The notes under the pieces: model-generated
Databases searched by the model: none
What the model saw: only the letters and a program-made list of their open reading frames with translations
Told to the model about the DNA's origin: nothing
Shown: positions 1 to 18,614 of the stretch, in pieces
Numbering within the stretch: position 1 is the first letter of the stretch
Layout: each line of letters starts with the position of its first letter
NCBI RefSeq assembly: GCF_009914755.1
Contig: NC_060928.1
Strand: one strand, 5' to 3'
Source of the DNA: the human T2T-CHM13v2.0 reference genome, Homo sapiens
Length of the DNA: 64,000 nt
Translations under genes and position numbers: made by a program

Positions 1-97
1 TCTGCCACAATTATTTGCATCTTTAAGATGTTACAAACAAATCTATGATAAACATATTTAACTGTATGTCTTTGTATATTTATCTAATTATTTTCTT

Positions 98-411
98 TTC
101 TTCTTTCTTTCTTTTTTTTTTTTTTTGAGACAGGATCTCTCTCTGTTGCCCCAGGCTGGAATGCAGTGATATGAACACAGCACACTGCAGTCTCAAACTC
201 CTGGGCTCAAGTGATTCTCCCACCTCAGCTCTCTGAGTAACTGGGACTACAGGCATCTACCACCACGCCCAGCTAATTTTTTTGTATTTTTTTATATTGT
301 CAGGGTCTTGCTCTGTTGCCCAGGCTGGTCTTGAAGTCCTGACCTCAAGCAGTCCTCCTTCCTTGGCCTCCAAAAGGGCTGGGATTACAGAGGTGAGCCA
401 CTGCATCTGGC
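98..411 (-). mobile_element. Alu (AluJ-like), full length
   Basis: Poly-T then reverse-complement Alu dimer; TSD tatctaattattttctt at 81-97 and 413-429. Confidence 0.93.
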
Positions 412-1377
412 ATATCTAATTATTTTCTTAGTATAGACTCCTAAAAGTGGAATTTCCAGGCCATCTAGAATATGCCTTTTAATGTTATTGATATACATTG
501 CTCCAGAAAGAATGTAACCAATTATTTCCCCCAACAAATAAGACAGCACCTGGTTCTCTACAGACTCATCTAATATGTTTCATGAAAATATCTGTCACTG
601 TTTTTTTTGGGTGGAACATGATAATATGACTGCATTTTTATTGCATTTTAGTAATTTCAATGTATGACATATACAATTTTCCAAGATTAAAATAGTTTGT
701 TTTCTGATTATAAAAATTATGTTTATTAGTAAAATGAGCAAAATAGAAAAGCATAAGAGAAAGCAAAATTCCTCAAAATATCACCACTTAGAACTAACAA
801 CTGACCTTCCACATATCAATCTGTGCATATTAACATATATGGACAAGAAGACATCCTTTATTCCTGGGCTAAGTGCTGTTCTGAGATAACATGACTTTCC
901 ATCTGTATTCCAAGGACATCTTTGATGCTCTTTATGTAGACTGAATTAAACTAAAGATCAGGACTGCAATTATGCAGCCTTTCTCCTAGAGCTCCTGAAC
1001 AGGTCCAGGGGGTCAGGCGGAGGGAGGTCTGTTTATGCACCACTTGCTTATGTATTTGTAGACCAGGCCCTGAGATGAATCATAACCGTGTGTGGAAAGG
1101 TCAGTGATTACCCCAGTGTCTTGCTCAAACTTGAAGTAGAGGACAATGCAAATGATTCTAAATTTCCCCCTTCAAAAGAGGTGCACAGTTCCTTTCTAAA
1201 ATCTGTGGTAAACTCTACTCAGCAACTGCCAACACAAACAACGTTTTGTAAACAGCAGAAGTGTCACCTACTAGAATAACTGCTTCATAATGTTTTCATG
1301 AATCCAACATATTTGAAAAACTGAGGTCCTCTAGAACTCCTTTGTACAGTTAAAAATAGGTATGTAATGCCATTTTA

Positions 1378-1687
<310 letters not shown>

Positions 1688-2063
1688 TGCAATGCCATTT
1701 TAAATGTTTTCCTCCTAATTTACTTGCTGTGATAGCTTTATCTTGTCAAATATGGCTTTGTCAGCCATGGTACTGCTAGAGGAATTGATTTTCCTTCATT
1801 GTCAAGGGGGGTACTGTACATGATTGTCAGAGTGCCCATTTGTTTTTTTTTGGCTGCTCATCATCTGAATATTCTTCCACTTTTTAGGATTGTCCCTCAA
1901 ATGGCAGCCAGACTTTCTCCACCAGGATTGTCTCAGCTCCCACTTGGCACTTGGTGCTGGTGATCCACTAAGATGCAGGTAGCTCCCCACCCAGCCCTAG
2001 AGTTCTCTCTCCACACCTTTCTGATGAGACTTCCCCTGCTCCCAATCAAGAGAACCTCTTCAT

Positions 2064-2210
2064 AGCTGGACATGGTGGTTCATGCCTATAATCTCAGCTA
2101 CTCAGGAGGCTGAGGTAGGAGGCTTGCTTGAGGCCAGGAGTTGGAGAATAACCTGGGCAACATAGTGAGATCTCATCTCTAAAAAACGAAAAAACAAAAG
2201 CAAAACAAAA
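2064..2210 (+). mobile_element. Alu left monomer (FLAM-like)
   Basis: agctggacatggtggttcatgcctataatctcagc...catctctaaaaa with A-rich tail. Confidence 0.8.
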
Positions 2211-2411
2211 GAACCCTTCCAGCCTGCCAGTAATTTTTATTCTTTATTGGTGATGGGTGTGCTGTAGAAGGGAAGATATAAATTTCTGGACCTTTCTCTG
2301 CTTCTCCCAGTTAGGAGGTTAGCTCTCACAACAGGTACGACATACCTCCAGTTGTGGGTTATGGCTGCTTCAACATGATGGCGTGTGTGTGTGTACACTT
2401 GTGTGTAGGTA

Positions 2412-2793
2412 CAATCATCCCTTGATATCAGTAAGTCACTGGTCCCAGGAGCTCCTGTGAATACTAAAATTTGTGGATGCTCAAGTCCCTTATATAAAGT
2501 GGTGTAGTCCCCAGTGGGCTAGTGGTTAGGAATAAAATAATATATAAAAATAAAAATGGTGTAGTATTTGCCTATAACTCATACACATCCTCCTGTATAC
2601 TCTAATCTCTAGATTACTTACATACCTAACACAATGTAAATGCTATATAAATAGTTGTTATACTGAATTGCTTTTTAATTTATGTTAATTTTTGCTATTG
2701 CATTGTTATATTTTATTGTTTTTTCTGAATATTTTTACCCCATGGTTGACTGATTCTGCAGATGCAGAACCTGCAGATACAAATAACCAATTG
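2412..2793 (+). mobile_element. MER2 (TcMar-Tigger non-autonomous DNA transposon)
   Basis: ggatgctcaagtccct...atcctcctgtatact...ctctagattactta...aatgtaaatgctat matches MER2 consensus as recalled; interrupted at 2508-2552. Confidence 0.8.
2508..2552 (+). pseudogene. Retroposed 5' fragment of tRNA-Glu(CTC)-like RNA with A-rich tail
   Basis: tccccagtgggctagtggttagga (2508-2531) matches 21/24 nt of the tRNA-Glu-CTC 5' end TCCCTGGTGGTCTAGTGGTTAGGA; A-rich tail; TSD aaa(g/a)tggtgtagt at 2496-2508 and 2553-2565. Confidence 0.65.
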
Positions 2794-2849
2794 TGTGTAT
2801 GTATGTATGTATATATACATATATTCACCCATTCTGTTTATTATATGAT

Positions 2850-3090
2850 TGATATTTATTGAGCATTAATTATGTGCCAAGGCCATAAAAATTATTTCAC
2901 TTAACCTTTACAGCAACCCCATGAGGTAAAGATTGACTGTACAATTATTGAATTCCATGTTTAGATGAGGAATCCAAGTAAAAAAAGGTGAAGTAACTTC
3001 ACTAAAGTCACAGCTAGGAAGTAGCCGAGTCAAAATTCTAAACAAGGCAGTCTAAATCTAGCCTATACTCTCAGTCATCATGCTACTTGC
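2850..3090 (-). mobile_element. MIR SINE fragment
   Basis: atttattgagca...aaccccatgaggta...agatgagga...gaagtaactt...aagtcacagctag MIR core. Confidence 0.65.
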
Positions 3091-3470
3091 CTCCTATAAA
3101 TATTGTTTATTGTAATTATGACTTCATCCCATAGTTGTCTCAATATTATTGCTTACTAAACTTCATTAAATGATAGAATCATTTTCAGACCGCCTTTGGT
3201 GCTTTAAGTGTTTTGTATGCAGATAGGCAAGACTTGAGTGAAATTCTACAAAAACAGTGAAATGATGGCAAGAAAGGAAATGTGGTAGGGTTATTCTCAA
3301 AAAGGCACTTTTAGCTGGTAACTGTTAAACACAGCTAGGAAATCTTACGTGGACAATAGTCACCAGTTCTTTCCTTCATTTTTATTCAGATTTCCACTAA
3401 GAAATTTAAACTCCACTTGTTCTTTGGTTTGCCTTTTCCATTATTTGACAGTGGTAAGATTTGTGTAAGT

Positions 3471-3658
3471 CAGTGGTTCTCAAACGTTAGCATGCACCAA
3501 AACAACCTGGAGAAATTGCTAAAAGAGAATGGTGGGTCTTACCATCAGAATTTCTGACTCAGTAGATCTGCTTGAGGCCTGATAATATGCATTTCCAACA
3601 AGCTCCCAGGTGATGTTGATGTTATTGATCCAAGGACCACACTTCTGGGAACCACTGG
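3471..3658. mobile_element. MER5A-like hAT-Charlie MITE
   Basis: Terminal inverted repeats cagtggttctca ... gggaaccactg; internal tgcatttccaacaagctcccaggtgatg. Confidence 0.8.
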
Positions 3659-4346
3659 TGCAGGTGGTCTCAAATTCCTGAGCTCAGGCAATCCACCCAA
3701 GGGTGCCTCAGTTGGGTGTTCTTTTTTAGATAATCCATGGATTTATTTAAATATATGCATGGGATCTGGGTATTAAGCCTTTAGCCCTGGATTGATTTAT
3801 CCCTTGACACGACTCTGCTTTAATGAAATGATCTAAACTCACCTGTCAGCTTTACAGTGGGTCCCAAATTATCTTTGTGATTCTGTATTCACCTGATGGA
3901 CTCTACTTAAAGGCAACACATTGATTCACTAATTGTTACTGAACACCTGTTAGATGCCTGGCACTGTGGGAATGTGTTGTTGAAAAAAGGCAAACATGAT
4001 CTGTAGCCCCATGAAGCTTATAGCAGGTAGGCATCAAATATTAATCAACAATTAAAATAAATGTAAATGTCTACTGTGATAAGCGCTAAAAAGAGGGACA
4101 TGGTGGTGTTCTTTCATCTTAAAGTCAGAGATTTGACTTAGTCATGGTCATAATCGAAATTCTTCCCCAAGGTGATGCTTAAGCTGAGAGCCAAAGGACA
4201 AAAATCCCCACTAAAAGATATTTCAAATGACAATTGAACATTAAATAAAAAATAATTTTAGAGAAGAAATGTTCAGCTACAACACCAAAAGCTCAGGCAG
4301 CCCCTGTGGATTGTTGAATGACCTAGAACATATGGTATTTTCATAA

Positions 4347-4680
<334 letters not shown>

Positions 4681-5624
4681 GATACTTTAATGCTTTGGGT
4701 CCCCATACCAAATTTCTAACAGTTTAAAACATCGTATGACACTAGTGAGAATTGATTAGGGTTTATTTCTCACTTATCTAGCAGATCTACTTCTGTTAGG
4801 AAAAATATCCAGCTAACGTTGGGAAAATCCTCACACTTTAATGTGTTTTGGTAGAGTTTACAAGTGCAAAAGTTTCATGTGCTATCCCTCCTCTAAGAGA
4901 ATAAAGAAAGAGCTAAAATACCTTCGACTCACTTGAGCAAACCTGATGTTACCCTCTGACGCAGTCTCGCCATGTTCGAAGTGTCCATGAAGACACTGAA
5001 CATTTCCTCAAGAAAATAATCTCCTCTCTCCAAAGCTTATTAAACAAATGTAAACATATTCTCTAGTGTGGGGTAATAAAATATAGTCCTCTATTTCTGT
5101 TTTCTTCCTTTTCTATTCCTAGTAGAAACCAAGAAGAATCTGAAAAGTTGAGCCAAAACAATATCCGTGGCAGCAGAGTGAAGAAGAAAAGGACCTAGGG
5201 CCATGGGTAGTAACAGAGGGATATGCTGTTTGTTCAGCATATCAGATGACTTTGCTGGTGACCCACCATTCTAGGATTATTCCCTAGGTCAAGTGAGAAG
5301 GACATTCAGGAAGAGTATCGTTATATAGCATTAGATGTATGGAGTTGTTTAGGAAAGACCTTTGATAATGATATAATGGAAAGGTGTAGCCATGTAGCCA
5401 GACAAATGCCTCCTAATCTTTATAAAAATTGGAAGGGTGTCTGAATTTGGTAATATCTACAAAATAAAACATTTTAAAATGAAAATATTTTTTGAACTAG
5501 AATCTCATTTTTAAGAACTTATCTTACACATATACTTGTGTATGTGCCAAAGATGACTGCACATATGTTTATTATGGAATCATTTGTATTGAAGCACAAA
5601 GATTGCAAAAACCTAAATATCCTC

Positions 5625-5941
<317 letters not shown>

Positions 5942-6261
5942 AAAAATCTAAATGTCCTTTCAACAGAACACAAGTTATATAAATTGTGCTACATCCTTAT
6001 CAATTGTATTAGATACAACTTTTAAAATATGAGGCCCCTCTACATGTATATCTACTATGAAATGAGTTTATATGAAATAATGATAAGTTAAAAACAATCA
6101 AAGTTCAGGACAATATATGTCGAATGTCCTTACTCACATAAAAAGGTGGTTATATCTATCTGTCTATATTCTAGTATATTAATAGCAATATTTTCTAGTG
6201 GTTGCCACTGGGAAAGGAAAACTGTAGAAGCAACGATCTGGAGTGAGAAGAAGAATTGATT

Positions 6262-6849
<588 letters not shown>

Positions 6850-8869
6850 CCTCATAAGTGAACTTCAAAGCACAAGTCTACTATGAATCAGCCTGGCCTT
6901 TTCATCCACCAACAGCCCTCAGGTTGTGCTCCTTGGAGCACTCATAGAAGGAAGTAAGGAGGTAAGAACTAGAACAAGAGACTGTTGAGGTGAAGAAGTT
7001 TGCTATCAACTCTAGAACCAATATTACTTGTGGCCTCCTTTTTTTTTAATCATCTCCACTCCTTGCCCCTTCCCATGCTAGGACCCAAAACAATCACCTG
7101 AGGACACTTAATCAAAAATCACCATTTATTTCATGGCTTCCAGAAAGTACAAGATTATCTAAAAGATAATTCGTGAAATAAAGCAGTGTCCTGAAAGAGC
7201 TGTCTTGGTTTTCAAGTGAACTTCCTTTTCTTTTCTCCACTTTGGATCTTGGTGGAATTAAGTGAATTGTTAGGCATAAATTTTGAATGTAATTGTGGAT
7301 GCTTTCAGCATCCTCCCTCTGAATGTCCTTGGTTTTACTGAAGAATTCTAGACTGTGCCATAATGTGCTGGAAGTGGTCTTGCCCCATATAATCATTTCC
7401 AAAGTCTCTGCGAGAGATGACTAGATTGTCTAAGCTGATGATCATTTTGCTTATGGTACCTTCCAAAGCATGGTAGAAGACACCCAGCATGCATAAGAAA
7501 CACACAGAGGTAAAGGATGAGGGAAAGAGAGGCAAAGGAGGAGTCATTGGTCTCATGGCAATTGAGATGGGTGCAACGGGCTCTACTTGTAATCCATTAG
7601 TGTTTCACCACAGCTTTCCCAGTAAAGTCTTAGCATGGTCTATGAGGGTCTCACAAGCTGGCTCCCATCTTCCTCTAAGCCTCATTCCCACATTCCCTCC
7701 TCATCCTCTATTATCTCACGGTAGGGAGCTGCTCTTCCTGCCAAAACCCCCGCTCTTCATGCTGACTCTCCATTCCTTGCCTCTACTCAATGATCAGTGA
7801 TCAATCATCAATTTCATTTCCACGTTTCTTTGTCCTGATAGATCTATCTTATCTTGAAATACTCAGTGCATGCCTCTTCACCTCTGGGAGGCCTCTTTGA
7901 GATCCACAGCAAAGTACTAGCTCTTTGCTGTTTATCCATTTCCTCTCTCTGTTTCTCTGTCTGTGTCTCTCTTTCTCTCTTCCTCCCTCTCTTTCTCTAT
8001 CATGTATAATTTACTTTTGTATCCTAAGCAGCTGGCACACTGCCTGGAACGCACCAGGTATTAACAAAATTCATGTTGAATTGAACAGTGCAACTTTAAC
8101 AGTGCATCTCCTAACGAGTCTGGTGTCGGTTCTCGGCACTCAGGATTTTCTCCTAGTTAAACTTGTGATTGGAAAAGACTAGTTTGGAGACTCGCGGTGG
8201 ATTTTCTACATACGATATTATTCCTCACTAGGAGGTCGCAAAGGTGACTGCCAGCTTGCCTGTCTGCTTGCTTTCTGGAAGTAACACTAGAGAAACACAG
8301 CACAGTGTGAGCAGTAAGAAAGCAGTTGAAAGAGACAAGAGTGCTAACTCTAGCATCTACGTTATCATTCATTCATTCGTTCATTCAATTGCAGCCTCAC
8401 TTTGAGGCAGGCCTTGTGCTGGGTGCAGGAAACAAGACACACACCCTGGTTTCCCAGAACTCACAATCTTGTTTGGCTGATAGATGTGTAAACAAACACA
8501 GCTGATCCTTCTCTTCAAGCATTTAAAATTTACTGTTTTGACCAGAAGGCACATGATTGGCAGTGATTTGTTTTTGTGCTGAGGCCCATGTGTTAGAATG
8601 AACTCTGAGCTAGTGAGTGAGGTTAACCAACACCTCAACATCTAAGCCTATCTTGGCTTTAATTTCCTTTATTATTATTTTCTCAAAATCGAGATTGTAC
8701 TCAATATATTCCTGAGTGTAGTAAATTAAAATTTTCACTGTACTGTATTTTATAAGGAAAATATGTTCCATAGTAATTTGTGAGAACACATGCAAAGGAA
8801 ATTTGCAATATCGCTGTAATTTTTGTGCACTGTGATAAGTATATTTCTAATATCTTAAAACTGTTCCTG

Positions 8870-8960
8870 GCTATGGTCGTACTTCTGCACTGCAGCCTGG
8901 GCAACAGAGCAAGACCTCATCTCTAATAAATACATTAAATAAATATTAACAAATAAAAAT
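8870..8960 (+). mobile_element. Alu 3' remnant
   Basis: ctgcactgcagcctgggcaacagagcaagacctcatctct plus A-rich tail. Confidence 0.7.
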
Positions 8961-10725
8961 CAAAATGAAAGAAATTATCAAGCTGTTTCTGGGCAAGAGA
9001 TAGACATGTAGGAGAGGTTTTATGAGGAAAATAGCGATAAAGCAAAGATTTCATTTTCAGCATAAAAGCATTTTCTGTTCTGTCCAAAAAGATCAGACTC
9101 CTAACCAGATTTAGAGATGCAAATATTTGTTCCTAAAGAGGAGACTTTTTCTCCTAAAGTATAGTTTAGGGCTAGTCATCCAACCCTAAAATGTAGGCCA
9201 CACCTTCTTCAAGAAACATATTCTTGATTCTAGAGAATAAAAAATGTAACCCCACCTGTCTGTTCTGGCAGGCTCTGGTCTCTGGAACGCTCCATGATGC
9301 AGCTAGGGGAATATAAGCCAGTTGGCATCCCTGCCTGAGGGTGGTGAGATTAGGGGAAAGATACTTGCACCAAGCCTCCAGGTCTTTCCTCTGCTTACTG
9401 TGGTTCTTCATCACAAGGGGAGACAAGTCCTACCTCATTGGCATGCCTCACTTTAAGCAAAGCATAAATGAGAATATAAGCATTTAAATAAAGTGCAGAT
9501 AGGAACATTCCTTTTTACCCTATAAAAAAATGCCATCTGACCTACTATGCCATAAGAGCATAGTAAAAATACTTTGTTTTGAATAGTTTCAACTAGGCAA
9601 TTTGTGAGCATATAGCAAAATGACTATTGAGTTTCAGTTGTGCAAATTTGGAAAATCTTACATACATTATGGAAATTAGATTTCTTTCCTTTGACAAATG
9701 TATTTTGTGTACTTTCAAAACGTGTGACATTTTAAGTGTTTGAGAAATGGCACACTTGCACACCTTGTTAAAGACTAAAACAGCAACATCTGTGGTCAAT
9801 TCTGCCCTATACTTAGACAGCTGTTTTCCTTCTAGAATAGTCTGTGAACTTGAATAGTAAGTATTAAGTTCACTCAGACATGCTCCCCTGGCTTCAAAAA
9901 ATTTCTCCGTCAATAGTCATTGCATTCAATAGAATCTAAAGGTCAGAGTGAGCTAATGAAATGTAGTCTGGGTAATCAGATTTCATAAATAATTCAAATG
10001 GTAAATCTGGTTTTCTTTTTAAAAATTAATACTTTATAAAATAAAATGTTATTCCTAAAACTAAGTGGAGTCAACTTCATGTCTTTTAATAATGCTTAAA
10101 GTGTACATGTTAGCAAGTCCCATATTTACCCTGAAACCATGTCAACAACTTTTGAAAGGGTATTTGCTGTGAATGAGATTATATTTTTCAAACCATTTTT
10201 GAGTTTACATGTGGATCAGATGTTTTAACTGATAAACTCATTCTTATCAATCTAACAACAATTAATTTAAATAAATGTCTTTTCATTTAACTGAATTATT
10301 GCTTAAAACATTTTGCCAAATTGACTTCTTTCTTTGGTATTTAGTAGTTGCAACTAAGGAAGTTCATTAATTAATGAAGCCAACATTTTTTAAAGGGTCT
10401 ATTAAATATCAGTACCTTTCTAGGCACGATGAAGTCACTTCTAACCAACCAGGAAATTGGTCAATTTGACTAAAAATTTCACATTTTGGAGGTTTATTCA
10501 TCTAGTATACTGTGGCTAATTTTTCTACTTTCTTCTACTAGTTAAGAGAGAAAACTAACTCCTGAGATTATCTCTTTCATATCTGGCACTATTATTCTGT
10601 TTCTAAAGAGATGCTAGTCCATTTTAAAGGGCAAAAGGGTGTATTCAGTATTCAAACAGATACACCATAAAATAGCACACAAAATCCTGGAGGGCTAAAT
10701 ATAGCTAAGAATTCAAGAAATATTT

Positions 10726-11195
<470 letters not shown>

Positions 11196-11520
11196 GATAG
11201 TCTGTAATCCCCGTAGTTTCAGTTTAGCAGGGATGGTTAAGACAAGCATACCAATGAATGGAGAATGGAGACCACAAAGTCCATAGTATAGAAGAAAAAA
11301 CATTTGAATTAAGGGTATGACTTTGGACATGTTAACTTAAATTCTGATTTTGTTCCCTTATATCTAAAACTGGCTAATAATGCCAAATTTACATTGTACA
11401 ATGTTTCAAAAAAAAAAAGCCTACACGAGGTAACTTTGTATGCAATAGAGACTTATAAAAACTTGCTATCATATACTACATGCACATGTATTGCTATCAT
11501 ACAAATATCTATATACATTA

Positions 11521-13147
11521 CATGTATACATATACACACAATATATGCATTGCATACACGTATACACACAATATATGCATTGCATACACGTATACACACA
11601 ATATATGCATTGCATACACGTATACACACAATATATGCATTGCATACACGTATACACACAATATATGCATTGCATACACGTATACACACAATATATGCAT
11701 TGCATACACGTATACACACAATATAGGCATTGCATACACGTATACACACAATATAGGCATTGCATACACGTATACACACAATATAGGCATTGCATACACG
11801 TATACACACAATATAGGCATTGCATACACGTATACACACAATATAGGCATTGCATACGCGTATACACACAATATAGGCATTGCATACGCGTATACACACA
11901 ATATAGGCATTGCATACGCGTATACACACAATATAGGCATTGCATACGCGTATACACACAATATAGGCATTGCATACGCGTATACACACAATATAGGCAT
12001 TGCATACGCGTATACACACAATATAGGCATTGCATACGCGTATACACACAATATAGGCATTGCATACGCGTATACACACAATATAGGCATTGCATACGCG
12101 TATACACACAATATAGGCATTGCATACGCGTATACACACAATATAGGCATTGCATACGCGTATACACACAATATAGGCATTGCATACGCGTATACACACA
12201 ATATAGGCATTGCATACGCGTATACACACAAAATAGGCATTGTATACGCGTATACACACAAAATAGGCATTGTATACGCGTATACACACAAAATAGGCAT
12301 TGTATACGCGTATACACACAAAATAGGCATTGTATACGCGTATACAATATAGGCATTGTATACGCGTATACAATATAGGCATTGTATACGCGTATACAAT
12401 ATAGGCATTGTATACGCGTATACAATATAGGCATTGTATACGCGTATACAATATAGGCATTGTATACGCGTATACAATATAGGCATTGTATACGCGTATA
12501 CAATATAGGCATTGTATACGCGTATACAATATAGGCATTGTATACGCGTATACAATATAGGCATTGTATACGCGTATACAATATAGGCATTGTATACGCG
12601 TATTGTATACGCGTATACAATATAGGCATTGTATACGCGTATTGTATACGCGTATACAATATATGCATTGTATACGCGTATACAATATATGCATTGTATA
12701 CGCGTATACAATACATATACATACTATATATGTACTATATATGTATTGTATACACATATATACTATATACACTACATATATACTATATATGTATTGTATA
12801 CACATATATACTATATACAATACATATATACTATATATGTATTGTATACATATATACTATATACAATACATATATATACTATATATGTATTGTATACATA
12901 TATACTATATACAATACATATATACTATATATGTATTGTATACATATATACTATATACAATACATATATATACTATATATGTATTGTATACATATATACT
13001 ATATACAATACATATATAGTATATATATGTATTGTATACATATATACTATATACAATACATATATACTATATATATGTATTGTATGCATATATATACAAT
13101 ACGTATATATACACAATATATATGTATTGTATACATATATGTATACA
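11521..13147. repeat. Compound AT-rich minisatellite (30-bp, 26-bp and ~46-bp palindromic units)
   Basis: 27 x 30-mer tatacacacaa(t/a)ata(t/g)gcattg(c/t)atac(a/g)cg at 11531-12340; 10 x 26-mer tatacaatataggcattgtatacgcg at 12341-12600; TA-rich units to about 13147. Confidence 0.97.
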
Positions 13148-13155
13148 AAAGTAAT

Positions 13156-13202
13156 TGGGTGACAGAGCAAAACCTTGTCTCAAAAAAAAAAAGAAAAGAA
13201 AA
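13156..13202 (+). mobile_element. Alu 3' terminal remnant
   Basis: tgggtgacagagcaaaaccttgtctcaaaaaaaa. Confidence 0.75.
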
Positions 13203-13603
13203 TATTTGAACAAGCATAAAAGTGATCATACTTAGCCTGCACAGTCTTTAGAACCTTCATGACCTAACACAGTGTACTGTTATCTATTAATTCTAAAACA
13301 TGGAGACCTAACGCTGCCTGTCCTCATCTACCACCAGGGCCAAAGAAATTGCTTGTGGATTCTCAGGATATCCCCCACTCCTTATTCCATTCTAGTCAAA
13401 GACATATCCGACAATGATGCCGTGGGAATTAACCCAGTTTAATAAACACTGAGAGTGGAGTGTGCAGTGGGAGATAATAGAGATGATGGCCAGTTTCTTG
13501 ATGAAAGGAATTTTCCTTTGGCCGTTAATATTTATATAAAATACAGCATATCAGAGCCAATGTAAACTTCCTGCATTCAGAAAAGTCCTCTTCAGGGAGA
13601 GTT

Positions 13604-13683
13604 TGTTTTTTTTTTTTCTCAAGACGGGGTGTGAATCTGTCACCCCAGCTGGAGTGCTGTGGCATGATCTTGGCTCCCTGCAA
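13604..13683 (-). mobile_element. Alu 3' fragment
   Basis: Poly-T then tctgtcaccccagctggagtgctgtggcatgatcttggctc. Confidence 0.7.
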
Positions 13684-14189
13684 TGGGGAAGATTTAAGAA
13701 ATGTCTTCTTCCTCCAAGGACATGTAAAAGAGATATGCATTGGTAAAAGTTTAAGAAAATTCATGTGTTTGAAGCTACTGAACACAGTCACAGGCAAGCA
13801 CATGCCAAGGTCTTCTTCACTGGCTGTACAGACAAACCGCTCATCTCCTGCTTGCCTTCCTATTGGATTGATGGCCTTTTATTACTACAGCTGCGATGGG
13901 ATAAAATTATGAATGTAAGAGTGTTGACATATTTCCTCTCTTCTCCAAAGCCCTAGAAAAAATATTATCATTTTCAACCCAGTTTCAGTATTGTACCCTT
14001 AAAAAAAGGAAGAATTTCTTCTGGCTAGGCCAGAAGAAAAAAATCTATCTACCTAATAAATTATTGAGAAAGATGGGAAAAGGAAAAATGTTTGGTACTT
14101 TGAGGGTAGGGAAAGTATTTTTCTTCTGGAGGGAGGGTTTAAGGAAGGCTGAGCTGGAGCAGTTGTGAGTATGAAAAAAGGAAATAAGA

Positions 14190-14395
14190 TCTGGGGACTG
14201 TAGCATGTGCTTGTAGTCCCAGCTACTCAGGAGGCTGAGAGGCAAGAAGACTGCTTGAGCCTAAGAGTTTGAGGCTGTAGTGCATTATGATGGTCATCTG
14301 TGAATAGCCACTGCACTCTAGCCTGGGCATGTAGCAAGACTCTATCTCTAAAAAATAATAACAATAACATTAAAAAAAAAAAAAAGTAAAAGAAG
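14190..14395 (+). mobile_element. FAM (fossil Alu monomer)
   Basis: Monomer with the 7SL-derived ctgtgaatagccactgcact segment typical of FAM; A tail. Confidence 0.75.
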
Positions 14396-14738
14396 AAAGG
14401 GGGTTTTAGCAAGAGCTGCTATGGACCATGTATTTGTAATTTTTTTAATGTCCTACAAGGTATTTGAGTAAAGAATAATTAAAAATATTTGTAATTATTT
14501 CTGCCAGTTGAAGTGTGTTTCTTTTTTTTTAATTATTATACTTTAAGTTTTAGGGTACATGTGCACAATGTGCAGGTTTGTTACATATGTATACATGTGC
14601 CCTGTTGGTGTGCTGCACCCATTAACTCGTCATTTATATTAGGTATATCTCCTAAGGCTATCCTTCCCCTGTACCCCCACCCCACAACAGGCTTTGGTGT
14701 GTGATGCTCCCCATCCTGTGTCCAAGTGTTCTCATTGT

Positions 14739-18566
<3,828 letters not shown>

Positions 18567-18614
18567 TTATTTTGTTCGTTAGTTGATGCAGTTTCATCCT
18601 AGCCTCGGTGGTCT

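Noticed and set aside
5095-5200. Possible terminal coding exon after a polypyrimidine-AG (RNQEESEKLSQNNIRGSRVKKKRT*)
   Set aside because: Acceptor-like context only; I recognise no protein and see no partner exon.
11531-12704. CRISPR-like palindromic repeat array
   Set aside because: Spacers are identical rather than unique, there are no cas genes, and the context is primate; it is a minisatellite.
11394-13229. Long ORFs (up to 455 aa) in several frames on both strands
   Set aside because: Translations of a stop-poor tandem repeat; periodic low-complexity peptides with no gene structure.
13410-13455. C/D-box snoRNA-like motif pair (aatgatg ... ctga)
   Set aside because: Imperfect C box, too short and no terminal stem.
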